A stretch of DNA of 64,000 bases from Felis catus (GCF_018350175.1 NC_058382.1:54500001-54564000), one strand, 5' to 3'; shown: positions 38,314-50,646, counted from the first letter of the stretch. Program-made: numbers and translations. Notes: generated by a model from the letters alone, not told the origin.

Positions 38314-38390
38314 GTGAAGACGTTGACCTTTTTGATATGGAACGATTCAAAAGTTCATTTGAGAAAATTCTTCGGAGAGCATTAAAAAAT
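38314..38390 (+). CDS. CENPN: CENPN exon 5
   Basis: ttgacag|GT GAA GAC...AAA AAT|gtaag; (G)EDVDLFDMERFKSSFEKILRRALKN, 77 nt. Confidence 0.96.
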
Positions 38391-39791
38391 GTAAGAATAA
38401 AATTTATCTGAATCTCCACGAAATTCAATTTCAAGGCATCTGTGCAGTTAAAATTTGCTACTACCTTGGTTTGTGTTTGTTTTTTGTATTTGTAAGAATT
38501 TTAATTAATTTTAATTAGTAATATCCCATACTATTCTAGGCCAGATCAGAGATAAATCCTACTTCATTATAGAAACTTTTCCTACCCCTTACCTGTCAAT
38601 TTGAGGCCAATTGCTTCTTTCTCAAGAGGAGCATCACGCACCAGAACTATCTGGAGTGATGGAAATGTTCTGTGTCCACGCCACTGGTACACGGGCTATG
38701 GAGCAGTTGCAATGTGGCCAGCATGACTGAGAAACTACTACATTAATGTCATGTAACTGTAGTGAATTTCAGGCCAGTGGCTACGGTATCGGTCGGTGTC
38801 ACTCTGGAGCACCCGTAGAATCTTCAGCTCCCCTCCACTGTCCACAGGTATCACCGAGTATCTTCTCGTAGGTTGAGGCAGTCATGTTTTTAACAGCCTC
38901 CCTTACTTCATTCTCTTCCCACCTCAATCTGCCTCAGTCCTGCTTGCATGGAAAGACAGGACCTATCACTGTCCCCGTGCTCTGGCTGCCCGCTCCAGAA
39001 GAGTGGTGTTCCCTCTTCATATGCAGACTCCGCGACGTGGTCTTTATGTCTCTTCAGCTCACGCTTTGTGACGTCTGCCATACCTGTATCCACACCCTGG
39101 TCACTGAGCATCTTCCCTCATTTCTTTTCTTACGGAGACCCTTCTTTGTGACGTTTGAAACCCCACCCCCACCCCCGCATCCTCAGAGGGCCCACCTGCC
39201 TTGTTCTCTGCTCTCTATCCCATTTGTAATCGCTTCTCTACCGCTTCCCACTCTACTGCTTATAAGCATGCTCTGGTCTTGGTGGAACGACATCCATTCT
39301 CCATGCTCGTCCTCAAGCTCTGTTCTTTCTACCACAACACTCTTGGGAGGAAATATTTCTTTCTTGCCCCCGATGTGTCCTTCACAGGGAGGGGGTCCCA
39401 TAGGCCCAAGGGCACCGGCGTCCCTCCACCATCCCCTTCACCTTTCTCTGGAAGGAGCGCCAACTTAACCTGAGTGAGAGCAGGTGCCCACAGGGACACC
39501 CGTTCTGATCTGTTCGTCCAGGGCCAGCTCTGCCCCTACCAGTGGAGGCTTCCCAGAGTGGTTATGCCACCACTTATGTGGTTAGGTCTGCCGGACTGGA
39601 TTTTGTTATCTGGAGGGCCGCCTGCCTGGGGATATGAGCCAGTCCCCATTTCTTGGTAAATATGTGTTGGCCTCACCTGCCAACTCTTTTGCCTTATTTC
39701 TCAGTTGATCCAGAAGGACAGGGAAGAAGGGTGGTATTTAGTGGCCCCCTTCAAAAACGTCCCCCAAAAGACCATTTGAAAGGGTAATGCA

Positions 39792-40010
39792 GGGGCACCT
39801 GGGTGGCTCAGTCAGTTAAGCGTCTGACTTCAGTTCAGGTCATGATCTTACAGCTCGTGGGTTCGAGCCCTGCATCAGGCTCTGTGCTGATGGCTCAGAA
39901 CTTGGAGCCTGCTTCGGATTCTGTGTCTCCCTCTCTGCCCCTAACCCACTTGCATTCTGTCTCTGTCTCTCTCAAAAATAAATAAACATTAAAAAAAATT
40001 AAAAAAAAAG
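39792..40010 (+). mobile_element. CanSINE
   Basis: Typical head; TSD GAAAGGGTAATGCA. Confidence 0.92.
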
Positions 40011-41341
40011 AAAGGGTAATGCATCCTCACCGGCTTCATGCTTAGGCCCTTTCCATTCTGGCCAGTGCTCTTGCCGCCATATTGAATCTGAATTTTAAAG
40101 GCAGCAGTTCTCACAGCGTGATCATCAACATCACCTGGGAACATCGACATGGGCTCCCTCAGACGCTGTAAGGGTGGGCCAGAGCCCTCCAGGTGCTTGC
40201 TAATGCCCAGTCAAGTTTGAGAACCTCCCTGTTCAGGGGCACCAGTGATATCACAAAATCCCATGGCCTGTTCTCTATCAGCAGTAACGCCGATTGCAAA
40301 CACCTCTGTGTGTCGGGCCTTGCGCTGAGTCCTTGCCACTCACTAACTCACTGCACCCTCCTGACGAAGCAAGGTGGGTCCCACAGGGGCAGAGCGGCAG
40401 AGCCATGATTTAAACGCGGGCAGCTGGCTTCGAGGTCATACTCTTCACATCGACACTGGCAGGGTCTCACACCTCCACCTTCCACGTTCCAGATGCACAG
40501 CATCCATTTCTTGTGCTCGGGAAGGTCACGTGTCAGAGAACAGCCAAACCCTCTTGATCCTGAATCTCTTGTCTTCTCCCGGTTGTCGTCAGCCCATCCT
40601 AAACTACTCTTCGTGACCACCCTCTTTCCTTTCCTCCTGCTCTTCACTGGAGCATCACCACAAGGTTCTGCACTCAGCCCTCCCCTGGTTAGTTTCGGCT
40701 GCGGCGAGAGATGGGGGAGGTGGTGACAGAGTCCTTTGTCGTTTCCCTGTCAGAAGCTAATCAGTTGTCCGAACACCATTTGTTGACTAATTTAGCCTTT
40801 TCCACTGCTTATAATCGTTGGCTTCTTCAGATTCATTCACACTCTTAGGGTCCATACTCCTGATGTGTTTCTCCCCGTGCCCTCCTGGATCCCCTGCCTG
40901 CCTGTCAGGTGTCACCACCTGTAATCTACACTCCACCCAAACCGAACCAGTCTTCTTCAAGCCCTTGAGCTCGCCATAGGCTGTTCCCTCTCCTTGGAAC
41001 GACCTCCCTGACCTTGGAACGACCTCCCTGACCTGGCCTTTGCACAGCTTGCTCTTCCCTATCCTTCCGGCCTTTGCACAGCTCACTCTTCCGTATCCTT
41101 CTGGCCCCCTCAGGGAGTGTCCCTGATCCCCCTGGCAGGAGGTCCTCTGTCCTGTGCTCCTGTCACCATATGCCTCCTTCTTCCTGCTTTAATTGTCTGC
41201 CTTCCTCCGGACCCATAGTCTCCCTGAGAGGAAACCAACCGTCCTGCTCCCCTCTGACAGCATGAATGGACTGGGCACAGGCTTTGCCACCTCCTTATCC
41301 ACCTCCTCATTCCTTTAATAGCTGTAGTTTTAAAAATATTT

Positions 41342-41449
41342 GGGGACACCTCGGTGGCTCAGTCAGGTGAACGTCTGACTCTTGATTTCAGCTCAGGTCA
41401 TAACCTCACAGTTTCATGAGTTCGAGCCCCACATCGGACTTCGTGCTTG

Positions 41450-41483
<34 letters not shown>

Positions 41484-41625
41484 ATAAAGGGAGGGGCAGA
41501 GAGAGAGAATCCCAAGCTCCGCAGTCTCAGCACAGAGCCTGACACGGGGCTTGAGCTCATGAACCATGAGATCATGACCTGAGCCAAAGTTGGATGCTTA
41601 ACCAGCTGAGCCACCCAAACACCCC
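41342..41625. mobile_element. Inverted tail-to-tail CanSINE pair
   Basis: Sense SINE about 41342-41488 abuts an antisense SINE about 41489-41625. Confidence 0.88.
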
Positions 41626-42084
41626 TCAGTTATTAGATTTCTTCTCTTCCATCACTTCTGCATTCCAAAAGCTTTTCCCTCCTGAATGAATTTCAGGCAG
41701 ACTAGTGGGAAAGGCTGGGTGAACAAAGGAGCTTTTTTACTGGTCAGATCTTCCTGCCCGAAAGGCCGGCAAATGCCCAACACCCTGGTGTCTTCTCTGT
41801 CTCCCCTGTTCCCCTGCCCTGAGCTGGACCACGTGTGCCAACCCCATTTCTCAACTACCCGAGGACTCCCAGCCGACTTCGCTGTCTTCCTTCTGACTTA
41901 ACTAGCAGCTGGATAACCCCACTTTCCAAAAGGCTACTGATGGTGATGTCATGCCAAGTAGAGTCTCCTGGTGCCCAGGACTGAATAGTAACTTGCCCGC
42001 TGCTCTACAGGAGGTGTCTTAACCTTTCTGTGCCAAGGACCCCTCTTGCTGTTAGTGAAGCTTATAGGCCACTTCTTAAAAGTC

Positions 42085-42314
42085 ATTTTTTTTTAATTTT
42101 TTTTTTAATGTTTATTTATTTTTGAGACGGAGGGAGACAGAGCGTGAGTGGGGGGGGGGGGGGGCAGAGAGAGAGGGAGACACAGAATCTGAAACAGGCT
42201 CCAGACTCTGAGCTGTCAGCACAGAGCCCGACGTGGAGCTCAAAGCCATGAACTGTGAGACCATGACCTGAGCCGAAGTTGGATGCTTAACCGACTGAGC
42301 TACCCAGGTGCCCC
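42085..42314 (-). mobile_element. CanSINE
   Basis: Reverse-complement head; TSD-like AAAGTC(A/G)TTTTT. Confidence 0.9.
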
Positions 42315-42918
42315 TTGAAAGTCGTTTTTAAATGCTATAATATAGAGAATTACAAGGAAAACCAAATACATGAAAATACCATTATTAAGGTATTAAAATA
42401 CGAAGTCTTGGTGTAGTACTCATGTGCTTCTTTATTAACACAGTAAATAATCTCACAGTAGGTCTAAAAACAACTAGTTTCAAAGTAGTGATGGCATAAA
42501 TGATATTTTTGAGGCATGTGCAACGCTATAACGGGGTGAGAAAATATTTGGGATTTGTCCAGACAACAGAGTAATAGTTCCTAACATTCTCCCGTTTCCT
42601 TGCCTACCTTCACGACTGAAGGAAATGCCAAAGTTCAGTTAGTTTGTAGACATGCTGATTCTGATCAGGGCCTTCAGGTTACGAACTCTTGCCCTTGAAC
42701 CAATGGGGTAGAGAAGCTGGTACGAGAGGGAGCTGGGAGCCTAACTTGGGGGGTAATGGATGGAGCCTGTGCTACGGGGGATCTGATCCAGAGCCTTTGA
42801 GAGTATGGTCTCTGTATGCCAGGGAGAGAGACTCGGAGAGAGAGGCAGAGTCATTAATCGTATGTCTTACCGGGTAAAACTATTCAAAATACATTGTTCT
42901 TAGGAAACTTACAAAGAG

Positions 42919-43135
42919 TGGCACCTAGGTGGCTCATTTGGTTAAGCATCCAACTTCAACTCAGGTCATGATCTCACGATTCATGGGTTCAAGCCCCGCG
43001 TCGGGCTCTGTGCTGACAGCTCAGAGCCTAGAGCCTGCTTCAGATTCTGTGTCTCCTTCCCTCTCTGCTCTTCCCCCGCTTGTGCTCTGTCTCTCTCTCT
43101 CTCAAAAATAATAAACATTTAAAAAATTAAAAAGA
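42919..43135 (+). mobile_element. CanSINE
   Basis: Typical head, (CT)n, A tail. Confidence 0.9.
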
Positions 43136-43634
43136 AAACTTATAAAAAAGAGACAAACTAAAAAATATGTTTCAATTGTAAAAGGGTGGCACATTTACTT
43201 TCCTTTTTTTACCTATATATCATGTAGTACAATAACGGTAATCTGTACTGAATATATTAACATAGTTAAGTACGTAGCAATTCTGTGTGTTGTAAGCTTC
43301 ATTTGTTTCCCATGCTAAACTTTTTTCTGCAATGTTCAGTAGCCAGTTATGACCAGTTTACGGCCAGGGTACCCCTGGCCAGCAGTACCGTCCCAGGTTA
43401 GCCAAACCACTTAGGACACTTGGCTGGACTCATCTCCTAGTTCAGCTTGAACAGTATTAATCTGAGCTATCCTCAGTGAAGCGTGCTTTATCCTTGCTAT
43501 TGAAGGATGATATCTATTAAGGTAGTTTCTTGGGAAAATAGTAAAGGTCTGCATCTGGGCCTTACCTCTTCAGGTATCTGAATATCATCTTTACTAGAAC
43601 AATGTGAGGTAGAACATCTTAGCCCATTGATTTT

Positions 43635-43857
43635 TTTTTTTAATTTTTTTTTCAACGTTTTTATTTATTTTTGGGACAGAGAGAGACAGAGCATGAACGG
43701 GGGAGGGGCAGAGAGAGAGGGAGACACAGAATCGGAAACAGGCTCCAGGCTCCGAGCCATCAGCCCAGAGCCCGACGTGGGGCTCAAACTCACAGACTGC
43801 GAGATCGTGACCTGGCTGAAGTCGGACGCTTAACCGACTGCGCCACCCAGGCGCCCC
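43635..43857 (-). mobile_element. Young felid CanSINE (SINEC_Fc-like)
   Basis: Close copy of the 2098-2318 element; perfect TSD TTAGCCCATTGATTTT. Confidence 0.95.
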
Positions 43858-44872
43858 TTAGCCCATTGATTTTTAACCTTTTTTTGGATCATAGACTCTT
43901 GTGAAAATTTTGGTAAATGATACCGCACCCCTCTCCAGGAAAGCGTACATGTGTGCCCAACCACACATCCAATTTAGGAAGGACACAGACCTCTTTTAAG
44001 CTTCTCCAAAAGCCCTTGCTTACATTATCCTCATTGTAGGCTAGAGAGATTACCTGAATATGTTGAGGGCAACCGATATTCTCTCTCTGGTAAAGGTGAG
44101 CCCTCCATGTAGTGCCTTCAATCTTGATTTTACAGGCTTCGCTTTCATAACGTGACACGAGCCAGCAGAGGCCCACTGGGCACCTGTCGGGGCCAAGCGC
44201 TGTGGCTCCTCACTCGGGCAGGTCAGACAGCCCCGCACACTCCACACCCCAACCTGGGGAGGGCTCTTTGTTTCATATACGGAGGGAATGTGGGAAAGCA
44301 GCCAGATGAAGACTGGGCGGAGTCGGAGTAACTGCCTTCTTACCACCTGCTTTCTCTGGGGATCCAAGAGGGAGGAAGTAAGGAGACGTGGGCAAGCCAA
44401 ATGCATCTGCATCGGCTGCCTCCTGTCCAGGGTCTGACTTCCAAGGGGAAGCTGAATCGGGGGCCAGTTAAGAGTCTAGGAGGAGGCCATTAAGTTCTAA
44501 CCCAACTGGCAATTACATTTAAAAGTTTAGAAAGATCTGTATTTTATCCATGAAATGGAAACCAAGTAGAATTTTCTATATTCTTGCCACGTAACTTTAA
44601 TCATTAGCATCTGAGCTAAATGCGTAAGAACATTTGGATTAATATATTTGAGCCCATTACTCCAGAGAGATCTTACCATTAAACTTTATAGTGCACGCTA
44701 GGTCTGTGCTCGATGTCAAAAAGTCTTGTTTATAAATCAGGTATGCCATTTGTAAGCTTGCCTTATTTCATAAACTCTTACAGGTCAGTGAACAGTTTTT
44801 CAGGACAAGCCCAAGAAATTGTTGAAAAATTGTGATACCCTGATTGTAGGGTTTAAAATTTGTTTTCCTTCT

Positions 44873-45070
44873 GGGGTGCCTGGGTGGCCAGGTCAGTTAA
44901 GCGTCCAACTTTGGCTCAGGCCATGGTCTCATGGCCCGTGAGTTCAAGCCCCACATCGGGCTCTCTGCTGTCAGCACAGAGCCCACTTTGGATCCTCTGT
45001 CTCCCTCTCTCTCAGCCCCTCCCCTGTTCACGCTCTCTCTCTCTCTCAAAAACAAATATTTTTTTTTAAT
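44873..45070 (+). mobile_element. CanSINE
   Basis: Typical head; TSD-like TAAAATTTGTTTTC. Confidence 0.9.
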
Positions 45071-45431
45071 AAAATTTGTTTTCTTTCCAAAAGACTTTGC
45101 AAGGCATAAATGCATAATTCCAAACAACCATAAAACCTTTTCCCAAAGATTCCCAGAACACTGTACTGAAAACTACAGACTCTGCCAGATCTCAGCCTGT
45201 GTGCAAGGTTACACAGACATCCTTCACCCCTAAGGAGCACCAGTTGTTGGTGCTATGGATTTTTTTTTTTAATGTGACTTTTTTTTTTTTTTTTAAGTAA
45301 TCTCTGTGCCCAATGTGAGGCTTGAACTCACAGCCCCAAGATCAAGAGTCACATGCTCTACCGACCGAGCCAGCCAGGCCCCCTGGTGCCACAGATTTTA
45401 ATTAGGAAACTTAAGTCTTCTTTTTATTAAG

Positions 45432-45608
45432 GTGACGGTCAGCTTCAGAGACGCTGAGGAGAATGCAGTATGGATTCGAATCGCCTGGGGAACACAGTAC
45501 AGAAAGCCCAACCAGTACAAACCGGTTTATGTGGTGTATTATTCCCAGACTCCCTACGCCTTCACTTCCTTCTGCCACCTGAAGAGCAATACACCCCTTC
45601 TGAGTCAG
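45432..45608 (+). CDS. CENPN: CENPN exon 6
   Basis: tattaag|GTG ACG...AGT CAG|gtatgg; VTVSFRDAEENAVWIRIAWGTQYRKPNQYKPVYVVYYSQTPYAFTSFCHLKSNTPLLSQ, 177 nt. Confidence 0.97.
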
Positions 45609-45820
45609 GTATGGAACCAATCAGTATAAGCTATAATATCTTTATTATCCTTATCTCCGAGGTCTATGTAGGTTTAAACTGCTCAATAAGCGTTTTATAT
45701 AAAATGCCACATGTAATCCTTGATTTCCTAAAATAAGGAGCAGAAAGTGTTCTACAAGTGGGAGCGTAACACAAGTATTGGTTTGGAGCTCTCTTATTGT
45801 CTTTCAGTCTAGAAGAAATA

Positions 45821-46854
45821 TGCGCTTCAGCGAAGGAAACAATCAACAGAACTAAAAGGCAGCCTACGGAAGGGGAGGAGACATTTGCAGATGACATATC
45901 CGATAAAATGTTAGTGTCTTTAAAGAACTTATGAAACTCACCACCCAGAAAACAAATAATCCAGTTAAAAATGGGCAGAAGACATGAATAGAGACTTTTC
46001 TAAACAAGACATCCAGATGGCTAACAGACACGTGAAAAGATGCTCACCATCACTTATCATCGGGGAAATCCAAATCAAAACCACAGTGTGATACCACCTC
46101 ACACCTGTCAGAATGGCTAACATTAACAACGCAAAAAACAACAGGTGTTGGCGAGGATGCGGAGAAAGGGGAACCCTCTTGCCCTGTTGGTGGGAATGCA
46201 AACTGGTACACCCACTCTGGAAAACAGTGGGGAGGTTCCTCAAAAACTAAAAATAAAACTACCCTTTGATTCAGCAATTGTGCTACTAGGTATTTATCCA
46301 AAGGATACAAAAATACAGATTTGAAGGAGCACATGCACCCTGATGTTTATAGCAGCATTGTGTACAATAACCAAAAAGTATGGAAAGAGCCCAAACGTCC
46401 ATCAACTGATGAATGGATACAGAAGAGGTGGTGTCTACATACAATGGAATATTACTCAGCCGTCCAAAGAATGGAATCTTGTCATTTGCATCAGTGTGGA
46501 TGGAGCTGGAGTATATTATGCTAAGTGAAATGAATCAGTCAGAGAAAGACAAATATCATGTGATTTCACTCATATGTGGAGTTTGAGAAACAAAACAGAT
46601 GAACATATGAAAGGGGGAAAAAGAGAAAGGGAAACAAACCATGAGAGATTCTTAAATATAGAGAACAAACTCCAGGTTGATGGGGGGAAGTGGGTAGGGG
46701 ATGGGCTAAATGGGTGATGGGTATTAAGGAGGGCACTTGTGATGAGCACTGGGTGTTATATGTAAGTGATGAACCCCTGAATTCTGCCCCTGAAACGAAT
46801 ACTACATGGTATGTTAACCAACTTGAATTTAAATAAAATGTTGAAAAGAAAAAA
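45821..46854 (+). mobile_element. 5'-truncated carnivore L1 (ORF2 end, 3' UTR, A-rich end)
   Basis: Well-preserved L1 3' sequence ending AATAAAATGTTGAAAAGAAAAAA; TSD-like CTAGAA..AAAT flanks. Confidence 0.92.
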
Positions 46855-46869
46855 CTAGAAACAAATGAG

Positions 46870-47660
46870 GGTAAAGCAACTGGACATCCACAAGGAAAAA
46901 AAAAAAGATTGTGTAGGCTTTGTACCCTTTACAAAAAATAAACTCAAAAATGGATCATAGCAGTAAATCTAAGACTATAGAAACTATAGAAATCTAAAAC
47001 TACAGAAACTCCTAGAAGGTGGGGCACCTGGGTGGCTCAGTAGCTTGGGCGTCCAACTTCAGCTCAGGTCATGATCTCCAAGCTTTGAGTTCGAGCCCTG
47101 TGTTTAGGCTCTGTGCTGACAGCTCAGAGCCTGGAGTCTGTTTCAAATTCTGTATCTCTCTCTCTCTCTCTCTCTCTCAAAAATAAACAAACATTAAAAA
47201 AAAAAACTAAAAGGGGCGCCTGGGTGGCTCAGTTGGTTAAGCGTCCGACTTCAGCTCAGGTCACGATCTCGCGGTCCGTGAGTTTGAGCCCCGTGTCGGG
47301 CTCTGGGCTGATGGCTCAGAGCCTGGAGCCTGCTTCCAATTCTGTGTCTCCCTCTCTCTCTGCCCCTCCCCCACTCATACTCTGTCTCTCTCTGTCTCAG
47401 AAATAAATAAACATTAAAAAAAATGGAAAAAAAAAAAAAAAAAAACTCCTAGAAGGTAACATAGGAGAAAACCTCTATAGCTTTGGGTGTGGCAATGATG
47501 TAACACCAAAGGCACAATCCATTATAGAAAAATATATAATAATTGATAAGCTGAACTTCATTAAAATTAAAACTTCAGCTGTGCAAAAGACAACATCAAA
47601 AGAATTAGAATATAGGCCACAGAGTGATAGAAAATACTTCAAAAGATAGGTCTAATAAGG
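46870..47660 (+). mobile_element. Older L1 ORF2 fragment hosting the SINE pair
   Basis: AAACTCAAAAATGGATCATAG...AACATAGGAGAAAACCT...CTTCATTAAAATTAAAACTTC. Confidence 0.8.
47021..47443 (+). mobile_element. Tandem CanSINE pair nested in an L1 fragment
   Basis: Heads at 47021 and 47213; single outer TSD AAACTCCTAGAAGGT. Confidence 0.92.
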
Positions 47661-47819
47661 GACAGCCTATACCATGATTTGTCTGCCTGTTACCCAGTAT
47701 ACAAGTGGGCAGGAACCCTTTTGGGTCCCTTGGCATGCAGTGCTAGATTCCACTGTTTGCACGGTGCCATTTTGGTTTCTGAATGGATGCTGAATTTTAA
47801 TTGTTAATACAGGGAACGG

Positions 47820-47945
47820 AGGGATGCCTGGGTGGCTCGGTCTGTTGAGCGTCCAACTCTTAATTTCAGCTCAGGTCATGATCCCAGGGTTGTGGCATCG
47901 AGATGCACGTCGGGCTCTGCACCAAGTGTGAAGCCTGCTTGGGAT

Positions 47946-47977
<32 letters not shown>

Positions 47978-48035
47978 GCCCCTTTCCCCTGCTCACGCAT
48001 TCTCTCTCTCTCTCTCTCTCTCTCTCTAAAGTTAA
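47820..48035 (+). mobile_element. CanSINE
   Basis: Typical head and (CT)n. Confidence 0.88.
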
Positions 48036-48413
48036 AAAGGGACATGTGATACTGAAATCACTGGAAAACGGCCACTGAAGGAGTGAATTCTGTGGTTATT
48101 TTGTATCACCAGCAGTCATAAAATTATATTTTCATGTAATTACCTTATTGTAAAGTAAATCACAAAATATGTAGGATACAACCTCAGTTTGTCGAACTCA
48201 GAGTCTTGGATTCTGCCTTCTAAAGTATTATTATTGCCACCTTTCATCGTCAGTCATTTCCTTGTTTGGGAAATAAATAAATGGTTACCTTACATATAAG
48301 AAAAGGAAGAAGTAACATGTGCTTAGTGCAAAAATTCAATCAAATACCATAGATATTATAAATATCGGGATAAACACGGTAATCCTCATGGTCTTGCTAA
48401 TTTTCACTTCCAG

Positions 48414-48515
48414 GCGCTGACAGTTGCTAGCAATCACCATAAGATTGTGAAAATGGACCTCAGAAGCCGGTATCTGGACTCTCTGAAGGCTATTGTTTTC
48501 AAACAGTATAATCAG
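48414..48515 (+). CDS. CENPN: CENPN exon 7
   Basis: cacttccag|GCG CTG...AAT CAG|gtgagc; ALTVASNHHKIVKMDLRSRYLDSLKAIVFKQYNQ, 102 nt. Confidence 0.97.
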
Positions 48516-49571
48516 GTGAGCCCCTCAGTGACTCTGTGAAGTTGTGTGCGTCTCCATTTTCTCTTTCACACTTGAGTTAGAACCATCTGGGCAGGTGGGA
48601 AAGTCCACCTCCAACAGAAGGAGATCACTTCCGATATTACTGAAGCAGAGAAAGCTCTCAGTCAACATGAAAGGAAACAACGGTCCCCCGCTATCATCTT
48701 GTTATAATTGCATTGTGTTTTATACTGCTCATCAGTCATTAGAGCTTACGTGAGAGAGCCCAGCTTCCAAATGAGCTCTTCCAGTTAGAAGTTATTGTAT
48801 CTTTACAGTAACTTGACACTGTCTTTTGAAGCTAAATTCTATTACTCCATTATGCAAGACAGAAGCAGAATTAATTTTTGTCCCATCAGTCAAGCAGGTA
48901 ATAGAGGGGTTACAAGGAAAGGAGAAAGCGTCGGTTTATTAAGCCCCCCAATTTATTTATTTCTTAAGATTATTTGAATGCATTGTTTCCTCTAATGATA
49001 AAAGTAGATCTGGCCTTTTGCACAGACTCAGGGTTATTTTTCGCTCTGCATGGCAACTGCGGGCCCATATGTTTAGACCCCTGTAAGTGGATTGTTAATG
49101 CTCTCTGTATATCTCTGAGCCCTTAGATACGTCACACTTACGTATTTTCATCTCTTCTAAATAGAAAAAAGTGATGGCTCTCTGCAAGCCACTCTTTGAA
49201 GAAAAAAAAATCTAACATTAAGTTAATGATTTTCTCCCATAGCAAACTCCCCCCCTTACCCACCACCCTTCCACCTGTTCTATGACAGTTGCATTCATTC
49301 CTAGGAAAATTCACATTGTCAAACACAAAAACAGTTGCTGCAGCATGAGTAGGGAATGAGAGATTGGCTTCCAGGAGGAAAGTGGTTTTTCTAAAAGGAA
49401 TGTCAGCAAGTGTTTTGTGGTGATGAAGGCGTAGCTGTCAAGCAGAAACATCACATTGCAAATACATTTAGTACCTGTGTCCTAAAGCCATTTATTATTT
49501 ATATTTCAAGATGTTAAAATTAGGAAAAGATTCAGTTTTCTTTCTTTCTTTTTTTCTTTCTTTTTTTTTAG

Positions 49572-49632
49572 AAGTTTGAAACTCACAACTCCACTATGCC
49601 TCTACAAGAAACCCTTGAGCTGGACATGCACA
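49572..49632 (+). CDS. CENPN: CENPN exon 8
   Basis: Long T tract then tag|AAG TTT GAA...CAC A|gtatgt; KFETHNSTMPLQETLELDMH, 61 nt. Confidence 0.93.
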
Positions 49633-50422
49633 GTATGTGTGTTTTAAGATAAAACTGAAATTTGGAAGCGCATCATTCCTTTTTAGAGTTCTATCACTCG
49701 GTAAAACATTTAATCACTAGGAGCCTGATTCAAAACTATTTACTGCTTTCCGAAAAATTGCAAATTAACTTTCTGCTGAAAGAGGGAAACCAAGCTCCCG
49801 TAGGTTCTTTCTAGCATTTACTAGAATGGCAAGTAGTAACACTAAAAACAAAAATTAACTAATAGTCAAGCATTTCTTTAGTGCCAGGAACCACACAAAG
49901 ATGTTTACAGGTATCATTTCCTTCATCTTCATAGCAGTGCCCGAACAATCTCTTCATCGGGCAGCTGGGTTTTAGATGGGTTTAGCCACTTGCCAGGCAA
50001 AGTTAACACAGCTAGGAATTGCCGAAGCCAGAGACGAAATCCAAGTCTGTCTGAGTCTGGAGCCCCAGCTCGGAATGTGCTGGATAAACTGCTTCTGCAA
50101 TACTCAGTTGTGACTGTGTCGCTCCTCACAGGTGGCGCGAGTCTGTCCGTGGAAAACCCAGGACAGCAGAGTAAACAACTACTGAAGAGTGGAGGGGTAC
50201 AGCCTACATTTATGGAAATGAACATTTTCCTGTCTCTCAGCAATGATTGGGTGATAAAATGAGATAGTACAGCAATTATGATTTAAATACGTTTATGACT
50301 TTCCGATGGCATAGGAACCGCTGTTGATGTCATGTTAAGTAAAGAAAGCAGGATACAAAACTCTGTATTTTATAATCCCAGTTAAAAATACATATCTTTT
50401 TATTTGCTAAAAAGGGGGCTAA

Positions 50423-50508
50423 GGGTGCCTGGGTGGCTTAGTCAGTTAAGCATCTGACTTCGTGATCTCGATTCGTGTGTTCAAGCCCCACTTTGGGTGA
50501 GCCTTGCT

Positions 50509-50547
<39 letters not shown>

Positions 50548-50608
50548 GCCCCTTGTGGGATTCTCTCTCTCCCTCTCTCTGCCCCTCACTTATTTGCGCC
50601 CTCTCTCG

Positions 50609-50646
<38 letters not shown>

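Noticed and set aside
38884..39473. 194-aa ORF in CENPN intron 5
   Set aside because: C/T-rich, low-complexity L/S/P translation with no matching splice context; probably old repeat-derived.
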